A DNA stretch of 32,000 nt from Desulfotalea psychrophila LSv54. Lineage in GTDB: Bacteria; Desulfobacterota; Desulfobulbia; Desulfobulbales; Desulfocapsaceae. This document shows, piece by piece, positions 1 to 9,207 of this stretch (positions are counted from its first letter, which is position 1; the number at the start of each line of letters is the position of its first letter). Location of the stretch: assembly GCF_000025945.1 (NCBI RefSeq), contig NC_006138.1:3480001-3512000 (forward strand). The letters are read 5' to 3'. The position numbers and the translations under genes are program-made. The notes below the pieces were generated by a model. The model was not told the DNA's origin and ran no database searches. It saw only the letters and a list, made by a program, of their open reading frames with translations.

Positions 1-92
1 CTTTTACATCACTTATGGTTATCATCATGATATGAGCCTGTTGGCTTTATTTATTCAGAATAAAAAACGGACAGAGGTCAAATCTTGCCAGC

Positions 93-770
93 TCAATTCT
101 GACAACATTTACCACGAAAATCCTCCATTATCTCCTCTGCATCAATCTGCTTTGGCAGATGACAATACAATATTTTCGACAAATTCGCCCAACTTTCACT
201 CTTTATACAGTCCACAAGATCATCGTCCAGCAGCTTGCGAAACATCTTTTGGTTATGACCAACATCAAGGCCCGCCGCAAGTGCTTTTTTACGGATGATG
301 GCAAGCAAACAGAGACTGTACTCATACTCATCACCAAACTCATCCTCAAGCTTTTGCCGAATAAAACGGGAAAAGGCAGGGCTGCCGCCGTCGGTGGAAA
401 TCGCCAACTGAAAGCCTCCCCGGCAAAAATAAGCCGGTAACTGAAAATCACAGAGCTCCGGACTATCAGCACTATTGAGCAGAGCACCATACTTTCTGGC
501 ATCGGCTGCGGCCACGGCCTGCACCTCCACCTGATCGGTGGCGGCAAAAACTAAAAACGCCCCCGAGGCATCACCCTGCTGAAAGCCACGTAACAACAGC
601 TCTATCTGGCCACCACCCGCAAGCGCCTGTACCTCAGGGACAACCTCCGGAGCAACAACCCGTACCCGGGCCCCATGCTCAACAAGATTACGAATTTTTC
701 GCAGGGCAACCCGACCACCGCCAACGACAAGACAGAGCCTGCCGGCCACATTTAAATTAACAGGATACAA
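93..770 (-). CDS. precorrin-2 dehydrogenase / sirohydrochlorin ferrochelatase (siroheme synthase N-terminal-domain family; SirC/Met8/CysG-N type)
   Basis: 225-aa ORF. N-terminal Rossmann motif LVVGGGRVALRKIRNLVEHGARVRVVAP is typical of CysG-N/SirC. Apparent TTG start at 770. Only 9 nt downstream of the preceding minus-strand gene, so probably co-transcribed. Confidence 0.8.
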   Translation of the reverse strand: MYPVNLNVAGRLCLVVGGGRVALRKIRNLVEHGARVRVVAPEVVPEVQALAGGGQIELLLRGFQQGDASGAFLVFAATDQVEVQAVAAADARKYGALLNSADSPELCDFQLPAYFCRGGFQLAISTDGGSPAFSRFIRQKLEDEFGDEYEYSLCLLAIIRKKALAAGLDVGHNQKMFRKLLDDDLVDCIKSESWANLSKILYCHLPKQIDAEEIMEDFRGKCCQN

Positions 771-779
771 GAAAGACCC

Positions 780-1532
780 TTATTTCTTAAAGGTTAAACG
801 ATTAACTATAATAACAATATCCTTACCCTCTTTTTTGAATTCCTGTTTGTTTATAGCAATATCAAAATCATTTTTAGCAAGTTGAAGAAACTTCGGCAAA
901 TTTCTACGACTGGCATCATGGGCAAGCCAAATAGCTCCATCCGGCTTAAGATGCTTTTTAAACACGTTCAAGAGAGGCTCAAAAAATTCCTCTCGAAAAA
1001 CCACCTCGGCTGCGGCAAGTATATCATATTGTTTCAACTCTGGAGGGGCAAACCAATCAAACAGAGCAAAATTAACATTTGTCAGGCCTGAAGCGGCAGC
1101 GCTCACCCGTTGAAAATCAACGATCATCTCTTCATAATCAGTAATGGTAACATCCATTCCAGCGGAGGCAGCGGCAAGCCCCGGTGCACCAAGCCCTGCA
1201 CCCAATTCAAGAAGAGTCTTGCCCTGAGGTTGAGGCAGAGAGGTGAGCAGGTAGGAGAGGACAATAGCCGCGTCCCACAGACGAATCCAAAAAGGAAAAT
1301 CCGACACATCGGTATCCTGCAAGGTCTGCAAAAACTCCTGAGGATCACTCATCTTTCCCCGAAGAAATTTTTCAAGTTGGGGATTATCACCTATAAATTC
1401 ACCCAAATCGGCAATTTTAAGAAGGCGAAGGGTTTTATCTTTGACGGTGAGCTTATCAAAGGTCAAGCGATACTTCTTTTTTATTCTATTATATATCTCA
1501 CGTTCCGCATCGGGAAGATTTCGAATATCCAT
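780..1532 (-). CDS. class I SAM-dependent methyltransferase (Methyltransf_16 / protein-lysine-MTase-like)
   Basis: Motif I LELGAGLGAPGLAAASAGMDVTITDY preceded by WDAAIVLSYLL. I chose ATG at 1532 (MDIRNLPDAE...) over the Phe-rich 15-codon extension to 1577 in the ORF track. Confidence 0.7.
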   Translation of the reverse strand: MDIRNLPDAEREIYNRIKKKYRLTFDKLTVKDKTLRLLKIADLGEFIGDNPQLEKFLRGKMSDPQEFLQTLQDTDVSDFPFWIRLWDAAIVLSYLLTSLPQPQGKTLLELGAGLGAPGLAAASAGMDVTITDYEEMIVDFQRVSAAASGLTNVNFALFDWFAPPELKQYDILAAAEVVFREEFFEPLLNVFKKHLKPDGAIWLAHDASRRNLPKFLQLAKNDFDIAINKQEFKKEGKDIVIIVNRLTFKK

Positions 1533-1713
1533 AAATAACACCTTGAAAAATTTATAAAAATAAAAAAATAACACCAATAATCATGAAGGCTACAGGAAGA
1601 GTAATACCCAAACCACTGTAATTTATTTTCCCTATTAGCTCCGGGAAGAAAATTTATGACATAAGCTGAAATGCCAGAAACAACTCAAGCCACGGCCCTC
1701 TTCAATAATTCAC

Positions 1714-1746
1714 AAAAAAAGGCCGGCTGAATAAAAAACAGCCGGC
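1714..1746 (-). terminator. rho-independent terminator downstream of the TlpA-like gene
   Basis: 8-bp stem GCCGGCTG (1722-1729) / CAGCCGGC (1739-1746), followed on the minus strand by a T7 run (A-run 1714-1720 on plus). Confidence 0.7.
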
Positions 1747-1809
1747 GAGGCAAAATACATAAGTTATGTTGTTCTGTCAATTTAAGGCTAGGGAAGGATC
1801 AATAGCTTT

Positions 1810-2313
1810 CTAGAGAAGGGGGATAATATCTTTTTCAAGCTGCTCTTCGGGAACATATCCTGTGTAACGCTTAACAACATTCCCCAGACGATTAACCAAA
1901 AAGCCAACGGGAATACCATAAATTCCGCCGAAATCACGCATTACCTGCTGATCAGCCATGAGTACAGGGTAGTTAATTCCCTTGCTACTGACAAAATCTT
2001 TTACCTTACTTACCCCCACCTGATCAACCGAGAGAGCTACTACCGAAAACCCCTTTTCCACAAAGTTTTTTTGTAACTTTATAAGACTATCCACCTCCTG
2101 TATGCAGGGAGGACACCAGGTGGCAAAAAAAGTTACCAGCAAAACATTACCGGTAAAAGCCTTGCTTTCCACCAGCGAGTTATCAACAGCACTCTGCAAG
2201 CTAAAGGATGGCATTTTAACATTTGCCTGCGCAGGCCCAGCTACTAGGAAGAAAAACATCAGAGCTACAAACAAAAATTGGCCTTGCAAACGGATATGTT
2301 TTTTTTTCATCAT
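1810..2313 (-). CDS. TlpA/ResA-family periplasmic thiol:disulfide oxidoreductase (thioredoxin fold)
   Basis: 167 aa. Signal or anchor segment LFVALMFFFLVAGPAQA. Redox motif FFATWCPPCIQE and a C-terminal YGIPVGFLVN (cis-Pro loop region). Confidence 0.85.
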   Translation of the reverse strand: MMKKKHIRLQGQFLFVALMFFFLVAGPAQANVKMPSFSLQSAVDNSLVESKAFTGNVLLVTFFATWCPPCIQEVDSLIKLQKNFVEKGFSVVALSVDQVGVSKVKDFVSSKGINYPVLMADQQVMRDFGGIYGIPVGFLVNRLGNVVKRYTGYVPEEQLEKDIIPLL

Positions 2314-2449
2314 GTCTCCAGAGGTGATTTCAAAAACAGAATTAATATGGTATCTTCTTTGCTGAAGTGTATCACAAGCTAATAAATTCAGTAGATTTGC
2401 CTTTAAAATAGCATATTAACCTTCTAACTTTTTAGACCTCTCCAACAAC

Positions 2450-3451
2450 ATGCATAATCTGCCAAAGTTGCTCAAAAAGTTCATGTCTCTACGCACCAGT
2501 TACCTTTCCTGTATTTTCACCCTGATATTGCTCTCGCCTCTTCAGGCTCAAGTGATCGATAAAGTCGTTGCAGTGGTAAACAATGAAGTGATAACTCTCT
2601 CAGAACTTAATGCAGAGACAGCAGAGATCAAGCATAAAATTACCGAAACAGCTCCAGCTGACCAACAGGAAGAGGCCATGGCAGAGGCCAGAGAGGGAGC
2701 TCTCAACTCTATTATAGACAAAAAGCTTATTGCCCAAAAGGCAAAAGAGGCACGAGTATTCGTCAGCGATGAAGAGGTGGAGGGAACCATAGCGGGCATA
2801 CAAAAACGAGCGAGCCTGAGCCGTGAACAGTTTATCGAAGAGCTCAAAAAATCTGGCCTTTCATTCAACACCTATCAAAACAACATACGCAGCCAACTAC
2901 TCCAACGTAAAGTCATCAACTATGATATTCGTTCTAAAATTGTTATTCCGGAATCTCAAATTCGCGAATACTACGAAAAAGAATATACCATAAATGCCCA
3001 AGATGGGGAATACTACCTCTTGCAAATTGGTTTTGACTGGGACAAAGAAGAGGCCGGAAGCAAGGAGAAGACACTCCAATTTGCCAAAAGAATACATGCA
3101 ATTGCAGTAAAGGGACAGGACTTCGGTGCCCTTGCCGAAAAATACTCTACCCTCCCCTCAGCAAAAGACAGAGGAGATATTGGTTTTTTCGCCATCGATG
3201 ATATGAGCGAGAACATGGCCCGGGCCATCTCGCCACTCAAGCCAGGAGAGGTGAGTAATATCATCGAAAGCCCTGCTGGTTATCAATTTTTCAAAGTTTT
3301 GAGCGGAGATCAAAATAACAGCATAAGCAAAGCGCCTTACGCCACAGTAAAAGAGGTCATACAGGCAAAACTTTTTGAAATCCAAATGCAAAAAGATTTT
3401 TCCTCCTGGGTTAAGGAGCTTAAAGAAAACGCCTACATTCAAAAACTTTAA
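2450..3451 (+). CDS. SurA-like periplasmic chaperone / parvulin-type peptidyl-prolyl isomerase
   Basis: 333 aa. Signal peptide ...LILLSPLQAQ. SurA-N-like start IDKVVAVVNNEVITLSEL. One rotamase-like domain (GDIGFF...PGEVSNIIESPAGYQFFKV). The alternative start at 2483 (MSLRTSY) cannot be excluded. Confidence 0.8.
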   Translation: MHNLPKLLKKFMSLRTSYLSCIFTLILLSPLQAQVIDKVVAVVNNEVITLSELNAETAEIKHKITETAPADQQEEAMAEAREGALNSIIDKKLIAQKAKEARVFVSDEEVEGTIAGIQKRASLSREQFIEELKKSGLSFNTYQNNIRSQLLQRKVINYDIRSKIVIPESQIREYYEKEYTINAQDGEYYLLQIGFDWDKEEAGSKEKTLQFAKRIHAIAVKGQDFGALAEKYSTLPSAKDRGDIGFFAIDDMSENMARAISPLKPGEVSNIIESPAGYQFFKVLSGDQNNSISKAPYATVKEVIQAKLFEIQMQKDFSSWVKELKENAYIQKL

Positions 3452-3636
3452 ATCATTAAACAAATGGTAGTTTGAATAATTGGCCCTGCCGATAAGAAGT
3501 GGCCCCATCTGCGAGGCATACTAAACATCGTTAAGATAAAAGCCTACGCTTACCTTCGAGGATACTTTACTATAGGGTAGGAATTTGCTGAGAAGGCCTT
3601 TTTCAAGGTTCCATAAAAATTATAGGGTAGCACCAT

Positions 3637-4269
3637 ATGTCAGAAGCTCAAACACAGGATGAAACACTGGGAGACGTTCTGCGCAAAACACGAATCAATC
3701 GTGGACTCAGCGTCGAAGAGATCTCTGGCAGCACAAAAATTTCCACCAAAACCATCCGGGCAATGGAGGAGGATGACTACGAACAACTGCCATCGCCAGC
3801 CTTCACCCATGGTTTTTATGGCCTCTATGCCAAAAAATTAGGCCTGGGAGCAGAAGAAATCCAAGGACAGTACAAGAGAGAGTCCAAGCAGCAAACAGGG
3901 AAACAACTTCCCCCGCAGCATCTGGCAAAGGACATAGGGGCAATGGCAGAGCGACCCCTGATTCCACTTTTCTCTATCTTTGGTTTTTCGCTCCTTCTAC
4001 TTCTGTTCGTTTTCGTTATCTTCTCCTGGTTTTTTTCCTGGAATCCTGCTGATTTTCTCAGCAAGCAGTTAAGAAGCCTGGATGAAAGTCCTATTGTCCA
4101 AATAGACAGGGCAACACCAACCCATCCGCTTTTAGATAAGCTGGCCGAGCCAAAAGAGCTCTCTTACAGCAAACCCTTATCACTGCATTCGACCATCAAC
4201 ACCTTTCCTGTTCAGTATAAGACGGAAAATAGTTCAATCAATTTTGTCAGCCAAGGGTTCTTCAGCTAG
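3637..4269 (+). CDS. RodZ-like HTH (Xre-type) membrane protein
   Basis: N-terminal LGDVLRKTRINRGLSVEEISGSTKISTKTIRAMEEDDYEQLPSPAFTHGF matches the RodZ/HTH_25 pattern. One TM segment follows (LIPLFSIFGFSLLLLLFVFVIFSWFF). No clear SD. Confidence 0.7.
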   Translation: MSEAQTQDETLGDVLRKTRINRGLSVEEISGSTKISTKTIRAMEEDDYEQLPSPAFTHGFYGLYAKKLGLGAEEIQGQYKRESKQQTGKQLPPQHLAKDIGAMAERPLIPLFSIFGFSLLLLLFVFVIFSWFFSWNPADFLSKQLRSLDESPIVQIDRATPTHPLLDKLAEPKELSYSKPLSLHSTINTFPVQYKTENSSINFVSQGFFS

Positions 4270-4284
4270 ATAGAGCACTACGAG

Positions 4285-4314
4285 AAAGAAGACACCAAGG
4301 TGTCTTCTTTTATG
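4285..4314. terminator. bidirectional hairpin terminator between convergent genes
   Basis: 12-bp arms AAAGAAGACACC (4285-4296) / GGTGTCTTCTTT (4299-4310) with T-rich 3' flanks in both orientations. Lies between the stops at 4269 (+) and 4339 (-). Confidence 0.65.
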
Positions 4315-4338
4315 AAAAAAGGAAGGGCAGAGACAGGC

Positions 4339-5265
4339 CTAGAGATAACGTACCTCACCGCTATACTCTGTTTTCAGATAACCGTCGGCAAGGCGAAGCA
4401 CAAGTCCACCCATCTCATCAATTGCAACAATTTTCGCCTCATACTGAGGGGAAATCATCACATCAAAACCATAAACAACACGCTTGCCAACGGTGTCAGT
4501 AAGTGCCAAAAACCGCTCTAAAAGCAGATGACGCCCCTGCTCACCGGAGTAGCGTTCCTCCCTGAGAAATTTTTCTTCTTCAAAGTAGAGCAGACCCATA
4601 TTCCAGGCAAGCCTGGCAAGAAATTTTTCTGTAAAAGTAGAGAGATCCACATCCTCTCCCAGGCAAGCCGACAGAGAACCGGCAATAGCCTCTAACTCAG
4701 GGGGGAATAACCTGTTGTTGACGTTAATACCAAAACCAACAAGATTAAACACCTCCCCCGAAAGAGGGGCCGTATAGGACTCTATCAAAAATCCGGCAAG
4801 CTTTTTGCCCATATAGAGGACATCATTAACCCAACGAAGAGCGGCACTCTCAAGACCATATGACCGCATCGTCTCACAACAGGCAAGGCCCACGGCAAAG
4901 GGAATAAACTGTCGAGATTGTGGCAAAAGGGTATTGGCATGAAGCATACATCCCCAAACTCCACCCTGTGGAGCGTGCCAAGATCTGGTGAATCGCCCCT
5001 TGGTCCCCGTCATACTATCCGCCAAAATCACCAGGCCTGAAGCAACAGAGCTCCCCCGTTGATCATGAAGATTAATATGGTTGCGACCTTCATCCATTGC
5101 CCGAGACAGGTTAGAATAACAGTCGATTTTAGCGCCAACAAAACCGCCATACCGACTCACCAGAAGACCGTGGTCAACACCGAGAGAAGAACGTTCCGCC
5201 TCCCGCATAAGGGCTGCCTTCACACCTGCTACTGTAGGAAAATTTTCAATCATAATATATAACAA
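4339..5265 (-). CDS. biotin-protein ligase family protein (BirA catalytic core, no HTH; divergent glycine-rich loop)
   Basis: Motifs: GTKGRFTRSWHAPQGGVWG (compare GRGRxGRxWxSPxG), LRWVNDVLYMGKKLAGFLIE (compare KWPNDl..KlaGILvE, catalytic Lys retained), GFGINVN, and a C-terminal SH3-like segment. The ORF-track start is TTG at 5265; ATG at 5253 (MIENF...) is equally plausible. Confidence 0.75.
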   Translation of the reverse strand: MLYIMIENFPTVAGVKAALMREAERSSLGVDHGLLVSRYGGFVGAKIDCYSNLSRAMDEGRNHINLHDQRGSSVASGLVILADSMTGTKGRFTRSWHAPQGGVWGCMLHANTLLPQSRQFIPFAVGLACCETMRSYGLESAALRWVNDVLYMGKKLAGFLIESYTAPLSGEVFNLVGFGINVNNRLFPPELEAIAGSLSACLGEDVDLSTFTEKFLARLAWNMGLLYFEEEKFLREERYSGEQGRHLLLERFLALTDTVGKRVVYGFDVMISPQYEAKIVAIDEMGGLVLRLADGYLKTEYSGEVRYL

Positions 5266-5321
5266 GGGCCAGTCTATAGAAATAAACCGGCCCTAAAGAG
5301 AAAAAAGTGAAAAGGTTATGA

Positions 5322-5972
5322 CTAATTATCCCAGTCTGCCTTCACCTTGGTAATAATCTTCTCGATAAGTGGCAATTTCTCCGTAGGACAGATACCAATA
5401 AGCGGTTCACCCTGAGCAACAGAGACCCCTGGTTTAAAATAAACCGAGTGAATAACGCCACGCTCGCCGGTATAGCAGACGGGGGTATCACGCTTCATCA
5501 AAGACATGGTTATAATTTCTTCGCCAGGCTCCACCACTACTGCCTTCTGGTCCTTTTTGTCGATCCGGGCCTGGATATCAAGGGAGAAAAAATATTTCGC
5601 ACTCTCTGGAGCAGGAAAGAGATAAAGCACCTCCTTAAGAATATTCTCTATAATCTCTTTTTTCTTAAGTGGATGTTTAATCGTTAACAGTTTTTCTCCA
5701 GCCTCAACAAACTGACCATCAAGCTCTGCATGTACCTCGGAGACAATGCCATTAGTTGCGGCTGCAACCTTTTTAGGATTACGCTCACGATTAATTTCAT
5801 ACAGAGGTGTTCCCGGCACCTGAAGCCACTGTCCCGAAGGAGCATCAACCTCATCACCGACCCCAACTTGGAATTTTACAAGACCGGTATGTATGGCATA
5901 AATATCAACATAATCGTAGGGATCAGAATGATATTTTGCTAAGAGTTCATCAAAATCTATTTCATTAGACAT
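5322..5972 (-). CDS. protein with two tandem biotinyl/lipoyl-like hybrid-barrel domains (putative biotin carrier)
   Basis: 216 aa with a good SD (AAGGAG, about 12 nt upstream). The second domain, VVVEPGEEIITMSLMKRDTPVCYTGERGVIHSVYFKPGVSVAQGEPLIGI, has a BCCP-like M-x-x-M-K site. The first domain has the same G..V..G..L..I ending but no MK motif. Confidence 0.6.
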   Translation of the reverse strand: MSNEIDFDELLAKYHSDPYDYVDIYAIHTGLVKFQVGVGDEVDAPSGQWLQVPGTPLYEINRERNPKKVAAATNGIVSEVHAELDGQFVEAGEKLLTIKHPLKKKEIIENILKEVLYLFPAPESAKYFFSLDIQARIDKKDQKAVVVEPGEEIITMSLMKRDTPVCYTGERGVIHSVYFKPGVSVAQGEPLIGICPTEKLPLIEKIITKVKADWDN

Positions 5973-6216
5973 GGTAAGAAAGGCTCCTTATTGTAGCTAT
6001 GCTGTCTCTATAAAATTTCTGTTATTATGCTAATATGACAATATCAAAAAAAAAATCCCAAGACAATCAATCCGTAGAAACAGACATAACATATTATTTT
6101 CATGCACAGGCAAAAACAAAGGGTTTATACTTAGATATAGGATTCATGGCAATATTTATATTTAACCAATCTATTTAATACTATTGTAATAAAAATAACA
6201 AAAACAAACTATTACG

Positions 6217-8550
6217 ATGAAAAAAATATCTGTTTTTTTAATTTTGGCGAGCATCTTACTCGGCCTATTCTACCTCTGTCTCCTCATGCCCTCCATGGCC
6301 AACAGTATCATCAGCCAAGCCCTTGGAGACCTGCCCCTGCACTACAGAGAGGTACAGATAGACCAAATTTCTCCATGGAGGACTATTGCCAGAATAAAAA
6401 TGGGCTCAACGAAAAATAATATTTCCATTACCCGCCTGGAAGTCAACTATTCCCCGTCATCTCTTCTCAAAAAACAGATAAAAAACCTCACGATCGACGG
6501 CCTGCAGGCCCAAGGCGATATCTCAACACTACAAAAATATTTTAACAAGAAACAGCCCGACAAAACATCCCAAACCAATTTTTTACAAAACATTCCCCTG
6601 AGCCTGCAAAACATCACCCTAAAAAACGCCACCGTCCAGCTCAAGCAGGGCAAGAGGCTGATCAATATCGGACTTAAGGCAGAGATAGAGCTCCACACAG
6701 AGCAAGATCCCCAGGGCGGACACAGAGTGGTGAGAATGGATGCCCGCACGACTATCCAAGGGGATATCAACACCTCCATAGAGGCAATACTCAACCAGGA
6801 GATAAATGGCTACAGGTTGCAGATAAATGCCGGCTCTCACCTGAACAATTTACGAGAGTGCTCCCTGCCAGAGATGCAGGGAGAGGCAGAGCTGGAAACA
6901 GACATCCTTCTATCAGCAGACCTCAAGCAAATAAAACATCTTCAGACAGACCTACGCTGTTCAGGATTCATCCTGCACACAGATCAGCTCTCACTCCGCT
7001 CCAGTAACGACGCCCCACTGCACCTCAGTCTAAAAAAGGACGCGCAGGGCATAGACTACCAACTCACAGGCCTGCATCTTGAGAAGCCTTTCCCCATGGA
7101 AATAAAGAGCAGCGGTCATGCGACAGGGACAATGGCCATCACGGGGCAACTATCATTTCCCCATGATCCCCGGATAATAAAATATTTCCTCCAGGGTACA
7201 GGTAAAAAAATTAAAGGCCGGATTACAGGCAGGCTACCACGAACTGCCCTCGGAAACAATATAGAGACCTCACCATTTTCTCTGGATATCTCGACAAAGA
7301 TGGTGGAAAAGGAGATGACGGCCACAGCAGAATTCTCCCTGGCCAGACTCACCATGAAAAGAGAGCAGATTGCCCTTACTAACATCCTGATAGAACAGAA
7401 GTTCACCAAGAAGGGACAGGGGGGTATCCAGATATCCGGCCTCTTTGCAGGAACAGCCAAATACCGGGGTGAGAGACTACTTCACCTCTCCGGCACCAAT
7501 AGCCAGCTTGAGACCAAGGGCAAGGTCCAACTGAGTGCCACGAGCCCACTGCTCGCGACCAGAGCAATCCGCTGTTCTGCCAACTATCAGGGCAATCCAA
7601 CGACCGGGACCGAACTCGACTGCTCGCTTAAAAACGCAACCATAACAGAGAGCAGGCTCCCGGCCACCCTCCAAGAGAAACTTCCTGCGGACCTCTCCTT
7701 TTCCGGGGTAGTCTCCGCTCGGCTACATATGAAAAAACAGGTAGGCTTCAGTGGCACAGCCTCGCTTAATTTAAAAGGGGGGCAAATAGACCTTGGCGAC
7801 AGCCTCCAACTCAAGGGAATCAGCACCCAGCTCATCTTTACCAAGCTGCCCCTCATGCAAAGCCTGCCCAGTCAATCACTTAAGGCCAAAGAGATAAGGG
7901 CAGGCTCCTTCGAGGCTAAAAAGATAGATATCGCCTACCGCATCGAAGACCTCTCCTCCATCTTTATCGAGCAAGGTTCTTTCAACTGGTGCGGCGGCAG
8001 AGTAGAGAGTAACAGCCTCACACTCAATAAAGAAAAGAAAAACTACCAACTCACCCTCTACTGTGACCGCCTTGGCTTCACCGACCTACTCAAACAGATA
8101 GGTATGCCCAACGCCGAAGGGACAGGCACCTTAAGCGGCCGCATCCCCCTAGAGTGGAAGAAGAAGAGCCTCTTTTTCAACGACGGATTTCTCTCCTCAA
8201 GTCCCGGTGACAGTGGTAGAGTAAAATTTAGCAATACCGACAGGCTACGCCAGTCCCTGGGAGAGATAACAAATACCAGCTATCTCGACTATTCCATGAC
8301 TGCAATTGAGAATTTTCATTACAACTGGACAACATTATCTTTTAACTCGGTCAAAGATGACCTGGTAATAGCCATGCAGCTCGATGGCAAGCCCGCAATA
8401 CCTTTGCCTTATGCCTATAAAAACGGTAAACTTATTCGTTCAACGAAGGGCAGTGGCTTGCAACACCCCGTACACTTTGACGTCAATTTCCACCTGCCCT
8501 TAATGGAGGTGCTCCACTATGGCAAAAACTTTCAATCTCTTATGGAGTAA
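6217..8550 (+). CDS. ydbH: YdbH-like AsmA-family inner-membrane-anchored protein (putative intermembrane lipid transport)
   Basis: 777 aa. N-terminal TM anchor (VFLILASILLGLFYLCLL) and a long beta-rich body. The C-terminal region (GTGTLSGRIPLEW...FHYNWTTLSFNSVKDDLVIAMQLDGKPA...) resembles the DctA-YdbH domain. It is followed by ynbE and ydbL homologs, the E. coli operon order. Confidence 0.75.
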   Translation: MKKISVFLILASILLGLFYLCLLMPSMANSIISQALGDLPLHYREVQIDQISPWRTIARIKMGSTKNNISITRLEVNYSPSSLLKKQIKNLTIDGLQAQGDISTLQKYFNKKQPDKTSQTNFLQNIPLSLQNITLKNATVQLKQGKRLINIGLKAEIELHTEQDPQGGHRVVRMDARTTIQGDINTSIEAILNQEINGYRLQINAGSHLNNLRECSLPEMQGEAELETDILLSADLKQIKHLQTDLRCSGFILHTDQLSLRSSNDAPLHLSLKKDAQGIDYQLTGLHLEKPFPMEIKSSGHATGTMAITGQLSFPHDPRIIKYFLQGTGKKIKGRITGRLPRTALGNNIETSPFSLDISTKMVEKEMTATAEFSLARLTMKREQIALTNILIEQKFTKKGQGGIQISGLFAGTAKYRGERLLHLSGTNSQLETKGKVQLSATSPLLATRAIRCSANYQGNPTTGTELDCSLKNATITESRLPATLQEKLPADLSFSGVVSARLHMKKQVGFSGTASLNLKGGQIDLGDSLQLKGISTQLIFTKLPLMQSLPSQSLKAKEIRAGSFEAKKIDIAYRIEDLSSIFIEQGSFNWCGGRVESNSLTLNKEKKNYQLTLYCDRLGFTDLLKQIGMPNAEGTGTLSGRIPLEWKKKSLFFNDGFLSSSPGDSGRVKFSNTDRLRQSLGEITNTSYLDYSMTAIENFHYNWTTLSFNSVKDDLVIAMQLDGKPAIPLPYAYKNGKLIRSTKGSGLQHPVHFDVNFHLPLMEVLHYGKNFQSLME

Positions 8551-8750
8551 TGAAGATGAGTCGATACCAAAAAACACTGACCCTATTACTGCTTGGCTGC
8601 TTCTTGACCCTACAGGCCTGCACTCAACATCAAATTGAGGTCAAGCCATTAGAAATAAAACCCATCCACATCACAATAGATGTCAATATCAAAGTCGATA
8701 GAGCCCTTGATAATTTCTTTGGCGATCTCGATAAGATCGAAAAAGAGTAA
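8550..8750 (+). CDS. ynbE: YnbE-family small lipoprotein
   Basis: 66 aa. Lipobox-like LTLQAC. The mature part (IEVKPLEIKPIHITIDVNIKVDRALDNFF) resembles YnbE. Its ATG overlaps the ydbH stop (TAATG). Confidence 0.75.
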   Translation: MKMSRYQKTLTLLLLGCFLTLQACTQHQIEVKPLEIKPIHITIDVNIKVDRALDNFFGDLDKIEKE

Positions 8751-8775
8751 ACTCAAAATTATAAGGAGGTTTTTC

Positions 8776-9156
8776 ATGCAAAGCTTACGTCAAAATTTCT
8801 CTTACCTGTTCCTGCTCTGCTGTCTGGTCCTGGCAAGCTCTCCAAGCCAGGCTGCTTCGGCCCAGGATATCCAAAATAGAATGCGCACGCGAATCCCTGC
8901 CATCACCGACCTGAAAGACTTAGGCATCGTTGGCGAAAGTAATAGGGGGCTACTCGAGTATCGCAGTCAAAAAAGGACTCATGCCGCTATTGTCACAGCG
9001 GAGAACAAGGATCGCCAGCTGGTCTACAGGGCCATTGGCAAACAGCAGGGTGTTTCCCCAAATCTTGTTGGCAAAAGACGAGCAATAACTATTGCCGAAA
9101 GAGGCACAAAAGGTCATATTTTCCAAAACGCCAATGGCAGTTGGTATAGAAAATAA
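8776..9156 (+). CDS. ydbL: YdbL-like periplasmic protein (DUF1318)
   Basis: ATG at 8776 is preceded by AAGGAGG (8764-8770). Signal peptide LLCCLVLASSPSQAASA. The GIVGESNRGLLEY...ENKDRQLVYRAIGKQQGVSP pattern is typical of DUF1318. The track's 8680 start is an out-of-context upstream extension. Confidence 0.75.
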   Translation: MQSLRQNFSYLFLLCCLVLASSPSQAASAQDIQNRMRTRIPAITDLKDLGIVGESNRGLLEYRSQKRTHAAIVTAENKDRQLVYRAIGKQQGVSPNLVGKRRAITIAERGTKGHIFQNANGSWYRK

Positions 9157-9207
9157 CAAAGAGGCCCCTGCAACACGAAACCTATTAATTTTACGTAAAA
9201 CAGATCC

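Noticed and set aside
32-440. Plus-strand ORFs 32-298 and 159-440
   Set aside because: They overlap the siroheme-branch dehydrogenase gene on the opposite strand and have no motifs.
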